A stretch of DNA of 64,000 bases from Macrostomum lignano. Taxonomy: Eukaryota. The stretch is taken from contig NIVC01002391.1 of NCBI GenBank assembly GCA_002269645.1, positions 20,424 to 84,423 on the forward strand, read 5' to 3'. This document shows, in pieces, positions 49,358 to 61,092 of this stretch. The notes under the pieces were generated by a model. It was not told the origin of the DNA, made no database searches, and saw only the letters and a list, made by a program, of their open reading frames with translations. A program made the position numbers and the translations under genes. How positions within the stretch are numbered: position 1 is the stretch's first letter; every line of letters starts with the position of its first letter.

Positions 49358-50014
49358 TCACTTATTCTCGGCATTGTCGTGCGTGTGCCAGGTCAGACGC
49401 TCCTCGTAGAACCGAATGACCACCTGGGGACACTTGATATTGGCTTGGCGGGCCGGCACCAGGTCGGCCTCGTCATGATCCACCCACTTCATGAGGAACA
49501 TCAGCTCGCCGCTCGAGTCCGTGGCGCCAACAATTCTGTCAGCCTGCAGGCCGCGCTCGAATCCGCGCAGTTTAGTAGCGCCGCTCCCCGCTGGCCCGTC
49601 GGACTCGGCCAGCTTCGCCTCCTTGGACTTTTTGGCGGCCTTCTCGCCTGTCGGCTTCCTGGTGCCGCTGCCAGAGGCCGAGTCGGCGTCACCGCCGCCG
49701 CTGGCCCCGACGCGGCGCTTCTTCTCCGACGGGCCGTGCTTTTTCCTCTCGGCCCGGGTGGACTCGAATTCCGCTACAATTTCCGGACAGTCGCAGTTCT
49801 CCTCCGGCTCCCAGGTGTTGTCTGAATGCGGATAGTTCTTCCACTTGATGAGGTACTCCTTCTTGCCGTTGCGAATCCGGCTGTCCATGATCTTCTCCAC
49901 CTGGTATTCGTCGGCGTCCTCTTCCTCTTCAATTTCGGGTTGGACGTTGACAGCGGCAGCTGGCGGCTCCTCATCGGCGTCGCGGGCCTCGTCGGATTTG
50001 CGTTTTTCAGGCAT
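49358..50014 (-). CDS. HP1: Heterochromatin protein 1 (chromobox; chromo + chromo shadow domains), 218 aa
   Basis: Chromodomain [37 protein letters not shown], a basic hinge, and chromo shadow domain [28 protein letters not shown]...[18 protein letters not shown] at 50014 is preceded by an acceptor-like tctagccag at 50022. AATAAA lies on the minus strand near 49261. Confidence 0.96.
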   Translation of the reverse strand: MPEKRKSDEARDADEEPPAAAVNVQPEIEEEEDADEYQVEKIMDSRIRNGKKEYLIKWKNYPHSDNTWEPEENCDCPEIVAEFESTRAERKKHGPSEKKRRVGASGGGDADSASGSGTRKPTGEKAAKKSKEAKLAESDGPAGSGATKLRGFERGLQADRIVGATDSSGELMFLMKWVDHDEADLVPARQANIKCPQVVIRFYEERLTWHTHDNAENK

Positions 50015-51094
50015 TTCAGAGCTGGCTAGAGAAACGAGAGGAACTGAAATTGAATTCATTAAAGGACTACCTAAATGCTCTGCTAAGAAAAAAGCTGCAA
50101 CGACTCAAAATTGAAAGGTAAAAGCTCGTGAAATTGGCAAACAAGTCTAAGCAGCAGAGGCAGCAACTAAATTAGTTTCTTTCGACATCATTTCAGCCAT
50201 CTGCAGCTATGGAACAGCTAGATTCAAGTGATCTGGCTGTTAATCAACCTGAAACTAGTGCTAAAATCAGCACAATTAGAACGTCCATCTCTTTAGGCAG
50301 AAAGAGACTTAGGCCATCTGGCATGGCTGATATACTATCCAAAGGTGCCATTTAATTGGCCAATCAAATGTATCAACAGAAGAGCTTTGTGGTGCTCAGG
50401 TCAGGTGAGATCATTTAAAATGAATAAGCTAATTGATTGATAGAAAAAAGAACCATTCCAACTAACTAGGCCTATCAAAAATACAATCTTACAAATGACC
50501 TAACTGTGACCAAATTATTAAGGCTAAATGCCTCATCATCTAATTATGTCTGTATTTTTTAGATTGGCCCTAGGCATTTCTGCAACTTAGGCCTACTTTG
50601 TCCTTGGCTAGGCCTGGCCCCTTGCTAGCCAACTAGATTGGCTAGTTTAGCCAGGTATTGTACATGTATGTTCTATGGTATATAGCCTAGTCCTATCATA
50701 GGCCTATTGGTTTCCATGCTTTTTGGTGCCTAGTTTCTGGTATCCCAAATTAGGTGCCTTAGTTTATGATGCCTAATTATTAAAATAATTTTATAATATA
50801 ATAATTGTTCTACAAACTGTATTTTTTTCTTAATAAAAGCTTGTCCTTTTTGTTAAACTGGTACATACATGCCCAACACCCATCCAACCTGTCCAAACTG
50901 GATGGGTGAAATGGCCACTGGCCAAGGTAAGTTGCAAAATCAAAAATGCAAAAAACAAAAAATTGGGGGAAGATAAAAAAAGAAGAGGAAGAGAAAGGGA
51001 AAAGAAAAGAGGGAGAAGAGAGAGAGGGGAAAGAGAGAGAAGAAAAGAGAAAAAGGCAAGAAAAGTCGTATACAAAGTGAAAATTAAATTGCAA

Positions 51095-51178
51095 TCAGGG
51101 GAACTAAGTTGCAATCAGGGGAACTAAGTTGCAACCAGGGGAACTAAGTTGCAATTGGGAGGAACTAAGTTGCAATTG
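51095..51178. repeat. Short ~21-bp tandem repeat
   Basis: About 4 copies of caggggaactaagttgcaat. Confidence 0.85.
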
Positions 51179-52410
51179 CACATAGGTAAGTCGCAAATCT
51201 GGACAAAACAAAGCTGCACTGGATGGTTGAAATTTTGAGGTTAGGCATATATGAACTGGTATGTTTTTGAAATTTTGAAAAATCTATTTATTTTAATTGC
51301 ATGGACTGTATATCCATATTGTATATACAAGGCTGCACTTAAAATGTGTGCTAAGAAGATTTAGTTAAGTAACAATGATATCCATCAACAATGCTACATA
51401 TACAGTAGTTTTGATTAAAATTATTAACTGATACCTCTTTTAGTACTAATTGATTTCTTGAATAACATACAATTATATTTAGATTTCTTGACAAATTAGG
51501 ACAAAAAATTAAAATGAAACAAGTAGTGTTCTGCCAAAAAGAGGGTCTATGTGCCATAGCCATAGCCATAAGCAAAACTATGGCTTATTCCAAGTCTCTA
51601 TATTCCATAGCCATAGGGACCCCAATATTACCATATTCCTATAGTTCATATAGCTGTAGCTGTAGTTTTAACAAAAAGTCTAGGAAACAAAATATTTTGG
51701 AATAGGAAGATAACCTGGTGCTTACATATTTGCAAAAATAAGGTAAAAATAAAACAAACATTCAATTGCCTTTGTAAGATTATATTTCATCTTTTTACAA
51801 AGAGTAATGATATTTAATCACTAATGAAAGTACTACTGCTGAAATTTTTTCACATTAAAAAAGTTAGGAGTTTTGCTGATGTTTTGTTGTACTTTATTAT
51901 GAGTGTAGATATAATTTTTAAGTTTTTAAGTCTATAATACAGTTTACCAAAGTATCTTTGTTTTACCTATTTATAATTTTAATTTTTTTTTAAATTAATA
52001 ACTATGGCTATAGGAATCTAATTTTTAGTATATTGGATGGAATATGACAGCAACTACCATATTTTTGTAGTCATAGCCATAAGAGTAGCTATTTACTATA
52101 GGCATATCTGTAGTTGCCATAGGCACCTATTTTACCATATTTTCTATAGGATCTTATAGCCATAGCTATAGCTATAATGGAACACTAGAAACAATACTTT
52201 TTCAAAAAATGAAAAAGCTTAACAAAATAAATTTAATACCTATAGGCTTTTTTAGTTCTTTAAAATAAAGTTATATACTGCAAAGCATTTATTATTAAAT
52301 TGATTAGGGCTCAATTTCTATTTTTGTTTCTAATTCTAATTTTTAATTTATGTCCTAAAGAGCTAGGCACCAAAAAGCACAAGCATGAAAAATGCAGACA
52401 CTAGCCTATT

Positions 52411-53630
52411 GGGCTATCTTGTAGAATTGTTCATTAAATTCACTATATGCACACTTTTTTAGCTATTGACATGAAACTTTCCAAAAATGAATGTTTTCAT
52501 TTGTGACAATGTGATTTGTAGAATTGTGTACTGTATTTCTTTATTTTCATATGTATACAGTACTACTACTGTATTCTTTCATTTATTTTGACAATATTCG
52601 TACATATTATTATTGTGCTATTTTTTACTGTTAATTGCTTTGTTTTTGTAGCCTCATATGTATTTATTTTATTATTTGTATTTTATTCATATCATTATTA
52701 TTTTTCGTAAAGTAGTTCTACCTATATATATGTACTGACTATGTTATTCTTGCATGATATATTTTGATTACTTTGTACATGTACATTGCGCACTGCATGG
52801 GGGGTTGTTTGTCTGGGATTTGGATTAAGGGTGTTGTTGTTATCTGTTTACCTTTAAATATATGCTTACACTATAGTCAACAGCTGCTCTTGCCTTTCTC
52901 CTTGCTTTGCTTTTCGACCTAGGCTTGCTAACCCTTAGCTATGACGCTATCTGGCTTCCTAAAACCAACTTTTCTGCTGTCTACTTTGGCCTACCATTTA
53001 ATTAGTTAATCAACTGATCCAGCAATTTTAAGTAGCAATAGTAAAAGTCTAAGGGTAGAAATGGCTTGCCGATCTGCTAACATCATGAACTATCTAAATT
53101 AACCACTACACAAAACTGTCTTATTTGCTTTATTTGTCACACATTATGGCAACATTTTAAAAGTGTTTAAAAGTGTCCATATTTGTTAGTTCAAGGGCTA
53201 GGCAAACTTTTGGAGGTGGCACAATCTATGTTAAGGCAGAAAGTTATCTACTAGCTATTTTTAAGTGGAAAGTACTTTATTTGTAGTATTTGCACCTTAG
53301 CAATGCCTATCTCCTTAAACCCCTAGAGTTAGTAACTAATTTTGGCCATAGATACATTTTTTGCTAGTGACATTAGTGCACAAATTCAAAATTGCATAAT
53401 TGTTAATAGTTGTTAAATTTTGGAAAAATCTGGAAAAACCTGAAATTACAATAGGGCCTAAAAGTTAACTTACAAGTTACAACCCCCATAAATTGAATTT
53501 TAATGCCAAAACAAACACTTTTAAACTGTTAGCATAGGCCCTAATGAAAGTATTTTTTTGGCAAGGTTAATGTCAATAACTAAAAAATGTGTATACAGTG
53601 AATTTAACAAACAATTCTGCAGGATAGCCC
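52411..53630. mobile_element. PIF/Harbinger-like non-autonomous element
   Basis: ~44-bp imperfect TIRs starting gggctatc(t/c)tg(t/c)agaattgtt, GGG...CCC ends, and a 3-bp TSD att on both sides. Confidence 0.75.
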
Positions 53631-56600
53631 ATTTATATATAGCAATTTAACTAGACAAATAACAAAATGGCTATTTGTCTAATAATTGGATAAATAACCA
53701 TATGGCTATTTAACTGGTCACCAGACAAATAACAACTTACTTAATAAGTATACAATACAACTAGGCCTATAGGCCCCCTAATAGCCCTTATCCTTGGCAA
53801 CAAATATTAGCATCAGTCTATTAGGCCCTATATATTTTTTCTAGGCCTAGGCCTATTAAAGATTAGAATAAAGGTCAAATACTTTGAATATTTCAATTCA
53901 CTAAAGTCCATCCTACAGGCTTTAGAACTGCAGACTAGGACTTCAGAACTGGGACTAGGACCTGTATCCTATTATAAACAAAAAAGTTGTTTCATCTGCC
54001 AGCAGACAAAAAGGCAACAGAAATTTGATAAAACTACTGCACACCATGTGTTGTTAGCCTGTGACACGACACCTAGACCCAGGTCACTCACCCCTCACCT
54101 CACGGTCCTCATCAGGTCCAGGTGGGGCTAAGAAAGCTTAGGCCTATGCCTACGTCTAGTCTATGCCTACCCAGCATGAGCAGTGGGAGCTTGCGGCACC
54201 GGGGGCACGTGCCCCCCCCCCCCCCCCCGAAAATGAGTCCACGACTCCACGTCCACGTGGTAATTTGTAGTGCTTTTTCTGATTTTAGGCGCCAATTAGC
54301 AGCTTATAAAGGTACCTGTGCCTCCTTGCCCTGTGTCTGGTGCCCCCCCCCCTAAAATATTGCCCCTGCTACCCAGCCCACCTATCTAGGCCTATTGTCG
54401 TATTGAAGTAGGGAGTAAGGGTCCAAAAGCCTATTCTAATTTCATGAAGTTTAAAAATTGAAGTCAAGTCAGATTATCATCAATGAAGTATAAAAATTGA
54501 AAGCAAATCAGATTACCAATAGAGCTGTAATGTGAGTGTCGATTGTCGACCGGTCTGGATCAAATAATATCAAATATAAAATCAATTAAAGGAGATTTTG
54601 AAAATACATGCTAAGACTTACATAAATTATGAAATATTCTCAAGATTTTTTTAATACGTCTTATAACTAGTATTTGACATTTGATAATAACTTATAAGCT
54701 CATTTAATACAGCTTTTAGGCTTCTTTTGTTTTAACACGCAAAAACGATAATTTAGATCTGACCGCTTTTTTCCACGAATTGACATAACCTTACTGCAGA
54801 GAATAATGTATTTTTATCTTACTTAATGACTCACGACCAAGACATAATGTAAGTTCTAGCCTTTCTATTATGTCTTAAGATTAATCGAAATTCATTAAAG
54901 ACGTGACACAAGCTAGATCATCAGCTGGCCCTGAGACTTCAATGTATCTAAATAATAAGCTTTTATTAATAATCATGTTTGCGGCTTAGATTTAAAGTCC
55001 CTGTTACCTGTTTCGTCAGAAATTTTTATTCACCAGGTTCTTGTAATCTTTTATTTTGTTTTAGCAATGTAGATCAAATAATTCAAACAATCATACGAGC
55101 TTTTTAAAAAAATCAGCACCCTCTCGGGCGTGCGCATTTAATAATAATCCGTGGCTTTAAAATTACATTAAAATGCTTCAGTTTAACTAACTACTGAGCT
55201 AAAATTAGCTTACACGCAAATGTGCTGAGTGGCCCATCTAGAATAATTACTAATGATAATATTACGAGCGTAATTGTGTATTCCTATACTTTAAATTAAA
55301 AAAAGCATAACAAAATCATTTATAAGATTATGACTATGCAAAATAAAATCATGTCACAAAAGGGTTTTTAACTAAACATACAATAAAAGAAGGAGGGGAT
55401 CGGTGTAAAAGGCAGGAATTATAATTAACTCGTGGGCGGCGAAAATTGTTTCCAGACTGGACAGCTGCTCCTAGTCGGTGGAAGATACGCACCCGGGTCC
55501 CTCGCTCCAAATTAACAAGGCCTCAAGAGCGACAACTTAGCTGGCTCCAGGGCATGGAGGCCCCCAGAGTCTCCATACCGACCGGGCGGAAATCGTTGTG
55601 GTCGCCAGGTCAGTGTATTTGGCTGATTTGCCGGCCTCGGCCGTCGAGGTGGTAGCTGCGCGGGGACGACGGCAGGTGCAGGTGACTTGGGGCGCAGGTG
55701 TGCGTGATAGTCCCGTCCCAACTAAGCCAACGGCAGCCCGTGCTCGAAAGCTGCCTCAGTGGCGCCATCGAAGCGGCGAGAGTCTCGCGCCGACGTCGCC
55801 AACTTTGACCCAGCTGTGGACAGAGCGGGCGAGTGCGCCATCATGGCGTGGCCTGCGGCAATCATGTCCCGCCCTAAGGCGATCAGCGCCAATACGCTCG
55901 GTGGTGGCGAGGAGCCGCCGCTTGGGCCAGGTGAGCAGCTCTGTCCAGGCCACACCATGATGGCGCACTCGCCCGCTCTGTCCGCAGCCGGGTCAACGTT
56001 GTTGACGTCCGTGGCGCTACCCGAGTGGTCATCAACGACAGCAAGCTGCAGGTGGAGCCCGACAACGTAGCAGCTGACGCCTTGCGGGCCAAACACCTAG
56101 TCGAGCCCGACCCGCCACCCCCCCCCCGCCGGAGAGCTGTCACCGCCCCTCCGACTGCCTGGCCCAGTAGACGGTTTGCGACCAAGGACTACTTAACAAC
56201 AAGTTACAATTGTTGTTAATTAGTCCTTGTTTGTCACAAGGCAAGGTCGACGGGTCGCAGAGTCTGGTTTGTTGCAAACCTCATGCAGAGCTTGAGTCAG
56301 AGTACGCAGTGCTAGGGGCGAAGGCGGCCGGAATGCAGCGCACAGTGGAGCCAGGCCAGTAGGTGTGACCTGTGTCACAGCTGGGGCCGGCAGTCGGCGG
56401 GCCACTGCACTCTGGTCCTGGCTGAGTTGCCATGGGTGCATCAGGTTACACTCTGCCGGGGGCTGGTTGGACCCAGGGCATGGCGCATCGAGGGGCCCAT
56501 GTCGCATGATGTGCAGTGCACTAGGCCTGCTGAAGAAGAGGTGGCGCAGTTGCACCGGCAGACTGGGCAGATTCCACGAGACCGTCCCTTGCCCATGCAT

Positions 56601-57319
56601 GCATGAGACCGTCGATGCGGCTGATTACAACAGTATTAATAATAATAATAACGATAAAATAATGACTAAACTAAAAAATCTCTATCGACAGAACCAAACC
56701 ATGTCAATTAGTTCCTACGTGTACTATTAAATCGTATAAAAACAAGGAGAATAGCAATAATACTGTTTTCAGCTAATTTTTCCCCCAACTCAATGGAGCT
56801 TACAACTAATCCTGAGCCTCGGAAAACAAAGCAGATTAGCCATGGTTAGCTAGTCAACAGTGGGTCTGGCGGGGAAAATCCACTCATGCCGAACGACGGT
56901 CAATAATCCCTCGGGCACACGACCAGGTGTGTAAAGTTGAGCTATATGTGCGGCAGGTGTCCCTGCACCTTCACACCAGCTTACCATGCCCCGGCCCATT
57001 CACTCTGCTAATAAAGAAACCATGAAGTTATGCATTCGGCCTAGAATATTATGTTAATTTTGGCGTATCGTTAAAACAGGCCAGAGTAATAAAGAAAGTG
57101 GTAAAAATATACATGGTAGTGCAAATTAACGGTGTCAAGAATAGCGTCTGATGTTCAGTTTTGAGGCAGATTCAAAAAGAATACTTGTTTTTTCCTAAGG
57201 GAAAATTCACAGAAAATGTTTATAAAAACACGTCAGAAATTACCGCTGTACGCTCGTATGTACTTTTGTTGAACCACCCACATTTCTTCAAAATGAATTA
57301 CCTAACGCACGCATTTAGA

Positions 57320-57658
57320 TTAGCATAGCTCAGGTCTTTAGCATAGCTCAGATATTTAGCATAGCTCAGATCTTTAGCATAGCTCAGATATTTAGCATAG
57401 CTCAGATCTTTAGCATAGCTCAGATCTTTAGCATAGCTCAGATATTTAGCATAGCTCAGATCTTTAGCATAGCTCAGATCTTTAGCATAGCTCAGATATT
57501 TAGCATAGCTCAGATATTTAGCATAGCTCAGATATTTAGCATAGCTCAGATCTTTAGCATAGCTCAGATATTTAGCATAGCTCAGATCTTTAGCATAGCT
57601 CAGATCTTTAGCATAGCTCAGATATTTAGCATAGCTCAAGATCTTTAGCATTGCTCAG
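57320..57658. repeat. 18-bp minisatellite
   Basis: Repeated ttagcatagctcagat(a/c)t units. Confidence 0.97.
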
Positions 57659-58460
57659 GTTAAAAAAACTTTCACTCGAACTCAACAACGATGGGAAAGC
57701 TTGGTGCTTGCAAGCCCCCCCCCCTGCACCCAGCCAGCAATTCCTGTCTCCGTATTTTGAGTTGGAATTCTCTCAGCATTAAAGCGGAAACTTGAGAACA
57801 GTTATTTTCTATAGTTTCAGTGAGACGGCAGCTGCTTCTCACTGCCTCTCACAGATCGTTGCTGCAAAAGTAGCAGATTTTATTTCTGTTCCAATTTCTC
57901 TGGTCAACGCAGCTGTTATTTTTATAATTTGTTTAAAAAGTGCAACAAAATTAGAATCAAAATATGCTCGTATTAAAAAACTTATAACTGACAGTTGTAA
58001 AATCTGCGTATATTAACATTTTTATTGATGAAATTAGTGACAAAATTAAGCTATAATTATCTTAGGAATTATTTTGGCTTTTATAACCAACAAAGCCAGG
58101 TACAATACCCAATCATGGAATCATAATCATTGAATGTGCTTAACGCAATGATGACAGTCATTTTCTATTCTATTTTCGAATACAAATGCAAAATATTAAA
58201 TTCTAAGGCAAGAAGGGCTTGTTGGTAGCAGGGTTTTGAACGCTTTCAATAAGGCCAATAGTTAAACTGGTGATTTAGCTACAGTTCAACTGACGAGAGA
58301 GATTATTTTGTCCATTGCACAGGCCATCTGTCCGTCATTTTTGTGGGCATGCAGCTGCAGTCATGGAATAATGGAATTATTTAACGAATATAGCAAACTG
58401 CCTGCAAAACATACGAACACCATCTGATAAAATGGTACTTATATTATAATTATAGACTAT

Positions 58461-58653
58461 GGGCCGTATGCAGAAAGCTCTGTCTAGGGTAGTCCGGTCT
58501 TGAAAAGCTAGTCTGGACTTGGATTTGGTATGCAGAAACACAGAGTTAGACCGGTCTACTATAGCAGAACTAAGGTAGCTAGACCATAGACTATAGACTG
58601 AACTACCCAAGTCCGGACTAGCTAGTCTGGACTAGGCTTTCTGCATACGGCCC
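58461..58653. mobile_element. Harbinger-like MITE
   Basis: Perfect 18-bp TIR gggccgtatgcagaaagc / gctttctgcatacggccc, with tat on both flanks. Confidence 0.78.
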
Positions 58654-58688
58654 TATGGATCTTTCGCTGCATTGGGACGGACAGTCAG

Positions 58689-60124
58689 CTAAATATGCTT
58701 TTTAACAAATTGGAATTTCGTGTAGAAATGCAGCGGAATCTCTTGCGTCTTCGCCAGCCCCGGCACCCGGTAGTCTGCCAGGGTGTTGTTCCAGAACCGC
58801 TCGACCATGCACTGCAGTGCCAGCCGCTGGAAGTTGTAGTAAAACTTGTTGACAAAGAACTCCGGCCTCTTATTCATAGCCGGCAGGTCTTTGATGCCCC
58901 AGATGCAGATCTGGCGCACAGCTTTGCCGGAGAGGCAGGGATAGCCGAACACGCCGAACAGCCAGTTCTTGTAGCGATTAAGAAACGGCTGCTTTACGTT
59001 GTCCGTCTTTAGGCCGGTTAGGTCTGCGCCAGGCACTTTGAGCACGTCCGGGTTGTGATTCAGCGAGGCAAATAAGGTCTCATCCGGGCACGGCCAGCCG
59101 CCGTGTTTTCTCAGGTGCTCAATGATCTGCCGCCCAACGCTCGAGAATACGTACTCTACGAATCCTCTGGTGGCGGTGATGTGCACCGAGCCTTTGTACC
59201 ACTGGATCTCTTTCTTACTGCCGTCGGGCAGTTGAACCGAAAGCTGCGGCGTTCCTCTGTGCGTGCCGGCGTTCTCCAGGTTGTTTGCTCCGTTTAACGA
59301 TTTGAGAATTCTAACGAGTTCGCGCATAGTGCGCAGCGGGTACTCCTGGCCTACCAGGTTGATGAAGTAACGCCATTTTTTGCTCATCTCCAGCAGCCGC
59401 TTCATGCAGTGCAGGTCGGCCTCTAGCACTGTGAACGTTCCCCAGTTCACGTTGCTCCGGCTCTCGGAGACAATAACGTTTGGAAAGCAGCTAGCGTATT
59501 TTGTGACCGCTTGAAAGAATGCGTTGCTTGACTTATTATCGACGTGGAAACAATAAAAGTGCTCCGGCCTGTACACCGCTCTGAAAAGCTTCTCAACTTG
59601 GTAGAAGTCTTTGAAAACAACGAGTGAAAATGCTAGCGGAAAGTCCGCTTCTTCTTGGCTCATGGTTTCAGTCACGTAGGTTTGACGGATTTCGGTACAG
59701 CTATCGGCCGCCATGCGTTCATCCAGGCGATAGTCACTGGGCACGTCGCAGTGCTCCATCAGCTGCTGGGCCTTCTTTTGCTCTGCCGGGTCTCCAGCAA
59801 GCAGACGATCGCAGGCCACCTCCGCCTGTCTGTGCGTTCGGCCCAGCCTGGCCTGAAGGCGCAGGGCTCGACCAGCCGATTGGCTCTCCAGGATTTGATG
59901 GCCGTCGCCTATGCCTATCCATTCGTCAGTGTTGCTGCTTCCGCTGCCACTGCCCTACCGTTGCTGCCGCCGACCACGCCGTCATCTAGGTTGAGCTTTC
60001 GAGTTGCTGGCGGCGCAAAGGTCCCTGATGGGCGCATCGAAGTAGTCATCAGGTAGCCTATTAATGCACCAGCATTGAACAGCAACAGGCCTAGGAGTAT
60101 CGTCTTCACTTGGACTTGTAGCAT
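58689..60124 (-). CDS. GCNT: Core-2/I-branching beta-1,6-N-acetylglucosaminyltransferase (GT14), single coding exon with one frameshift at ~59955
   Basis: ATG 60124 starts a type II membrane anchor (LLGLLLFNAGALIGYLM). Restoring one base at ~59955 joins it to the catalytic ORF with FPLAFSLVVFKD, VYRPEHFYCFHVDNKS, WRYFINLVGQEYPL, CPDE, CIWGIKDL and FVNKF. The symbol denotes the family. Confidence 0.9.
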
Positions 60125-60561
60125 TGTTGATGACGGAATTTCGCCCTTATGTTGGCACCTGCGATGCAAGGTGAAATTTATTTTCAAGCTTTGAAGCAGT
60201 AAGCAAAACTCTCCTAACCCTCAGTTTTAACGTTTTAACCACTTCTGCCCCTCGAGTCTCTGCACTCACTCAGCGACTTCTGCAATAGAAATTTACCATA
60301 GACTCTTTCTATGGTAAACTTATTGTATATCGCAGAAGTAGTCCCTGACTCAGTCTTACAAAACCCACTGACTGCAGAGCAGCCATAGACATCTGCGTCT
60401 GCCCACAAGCAGTCACAGCACTCACTCTTAGAAAACCATGGATGACTACTCCTTCATCCATGTAGAAAACCCGCTAGCTGCAAGAGTAGCTTTTACACGC
60501 AGAGAGCTACGAGTATGGGTTCAAAATCATAAAGAAGAGGGCAGGCGTCGCCATGCATATA

Positions 60562-60827
60562 CACTCAGCAACATTGAAAAGTCGCCACTCTATGCGCCAG
60601 TAAGCGATTTCTCTTAAACTATTCTGAAATAAAAGATGCGAGAAAACTGATCGGGGTAGCTTTAATCCGTCCAACCCTCGCACACCGCTCCCCCCATTTC
60701 ATTCCTCAACTCGTCTGCCGCGGCGTAGCAAGTTGCGTCACTCGCAAAGATTGAGAGACTTTACCTGCACTCGTGGCGACTACAGACGTAACCCGCTGTG
60801 ATGGCGACTTTTCAATGTTGCTGAGTG
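60562..60827. mobile_element. Tc1/mariner-like MITE
   Basis: Perfect 26-bp TIR cactcagcaacattgaaaagtcgcca, flanked by TA on both sides. Confidence 0.85.
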
Positions 60828-60835
60828 TATTTCAA

Positions 60836-61092
60836 AGCATCAAGCTCTGAGAATCAAGCTCTGAGTATCAAGCTCTGAGTATCAAGCTCTGAGTATCAAG
60901 CTCTGAGTATCAAGCTCTGAGTATCAGGCTCTGAGTATCAAGCTCTGAGTATCAAGCTCTGAGTATCAAGCTCTGAGTATCAAGCTCTGAGTATCAAGCT
61001 CTGAGTATCAAGCTCTGAGTATCAAGCTCTGAGTATCAAGCTCTGAGTATCAAGCTCTGAGCATCAAGCTCTGAGTATCAAGCTCTGAGCTC
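60836..61092. repeat. 14-bp minisatellite
   Basis: Repeated tcaagctctgagta units. Confidence 0.97.

Noticed and set aside
49265-49825. 186-aa plus-strand ORF opposite HP1, and similar antisense ORFs over RPA1, GCNT and the LINEs
   Set aside because: These are shadow ORFs of GC-rich coding sequence with no recognisable motifs.
49358-50014. HP1 as a processed retrocopy
   Set aside because: The CDS is intronless, but there is no poly(A) or TSD, the ORF is intact, and a splice acceptor precedes the ATG.
54181-54370. Possible MITE with G/C-run ends
   Set aside because: Terminal repeats and TSD could not be defined.
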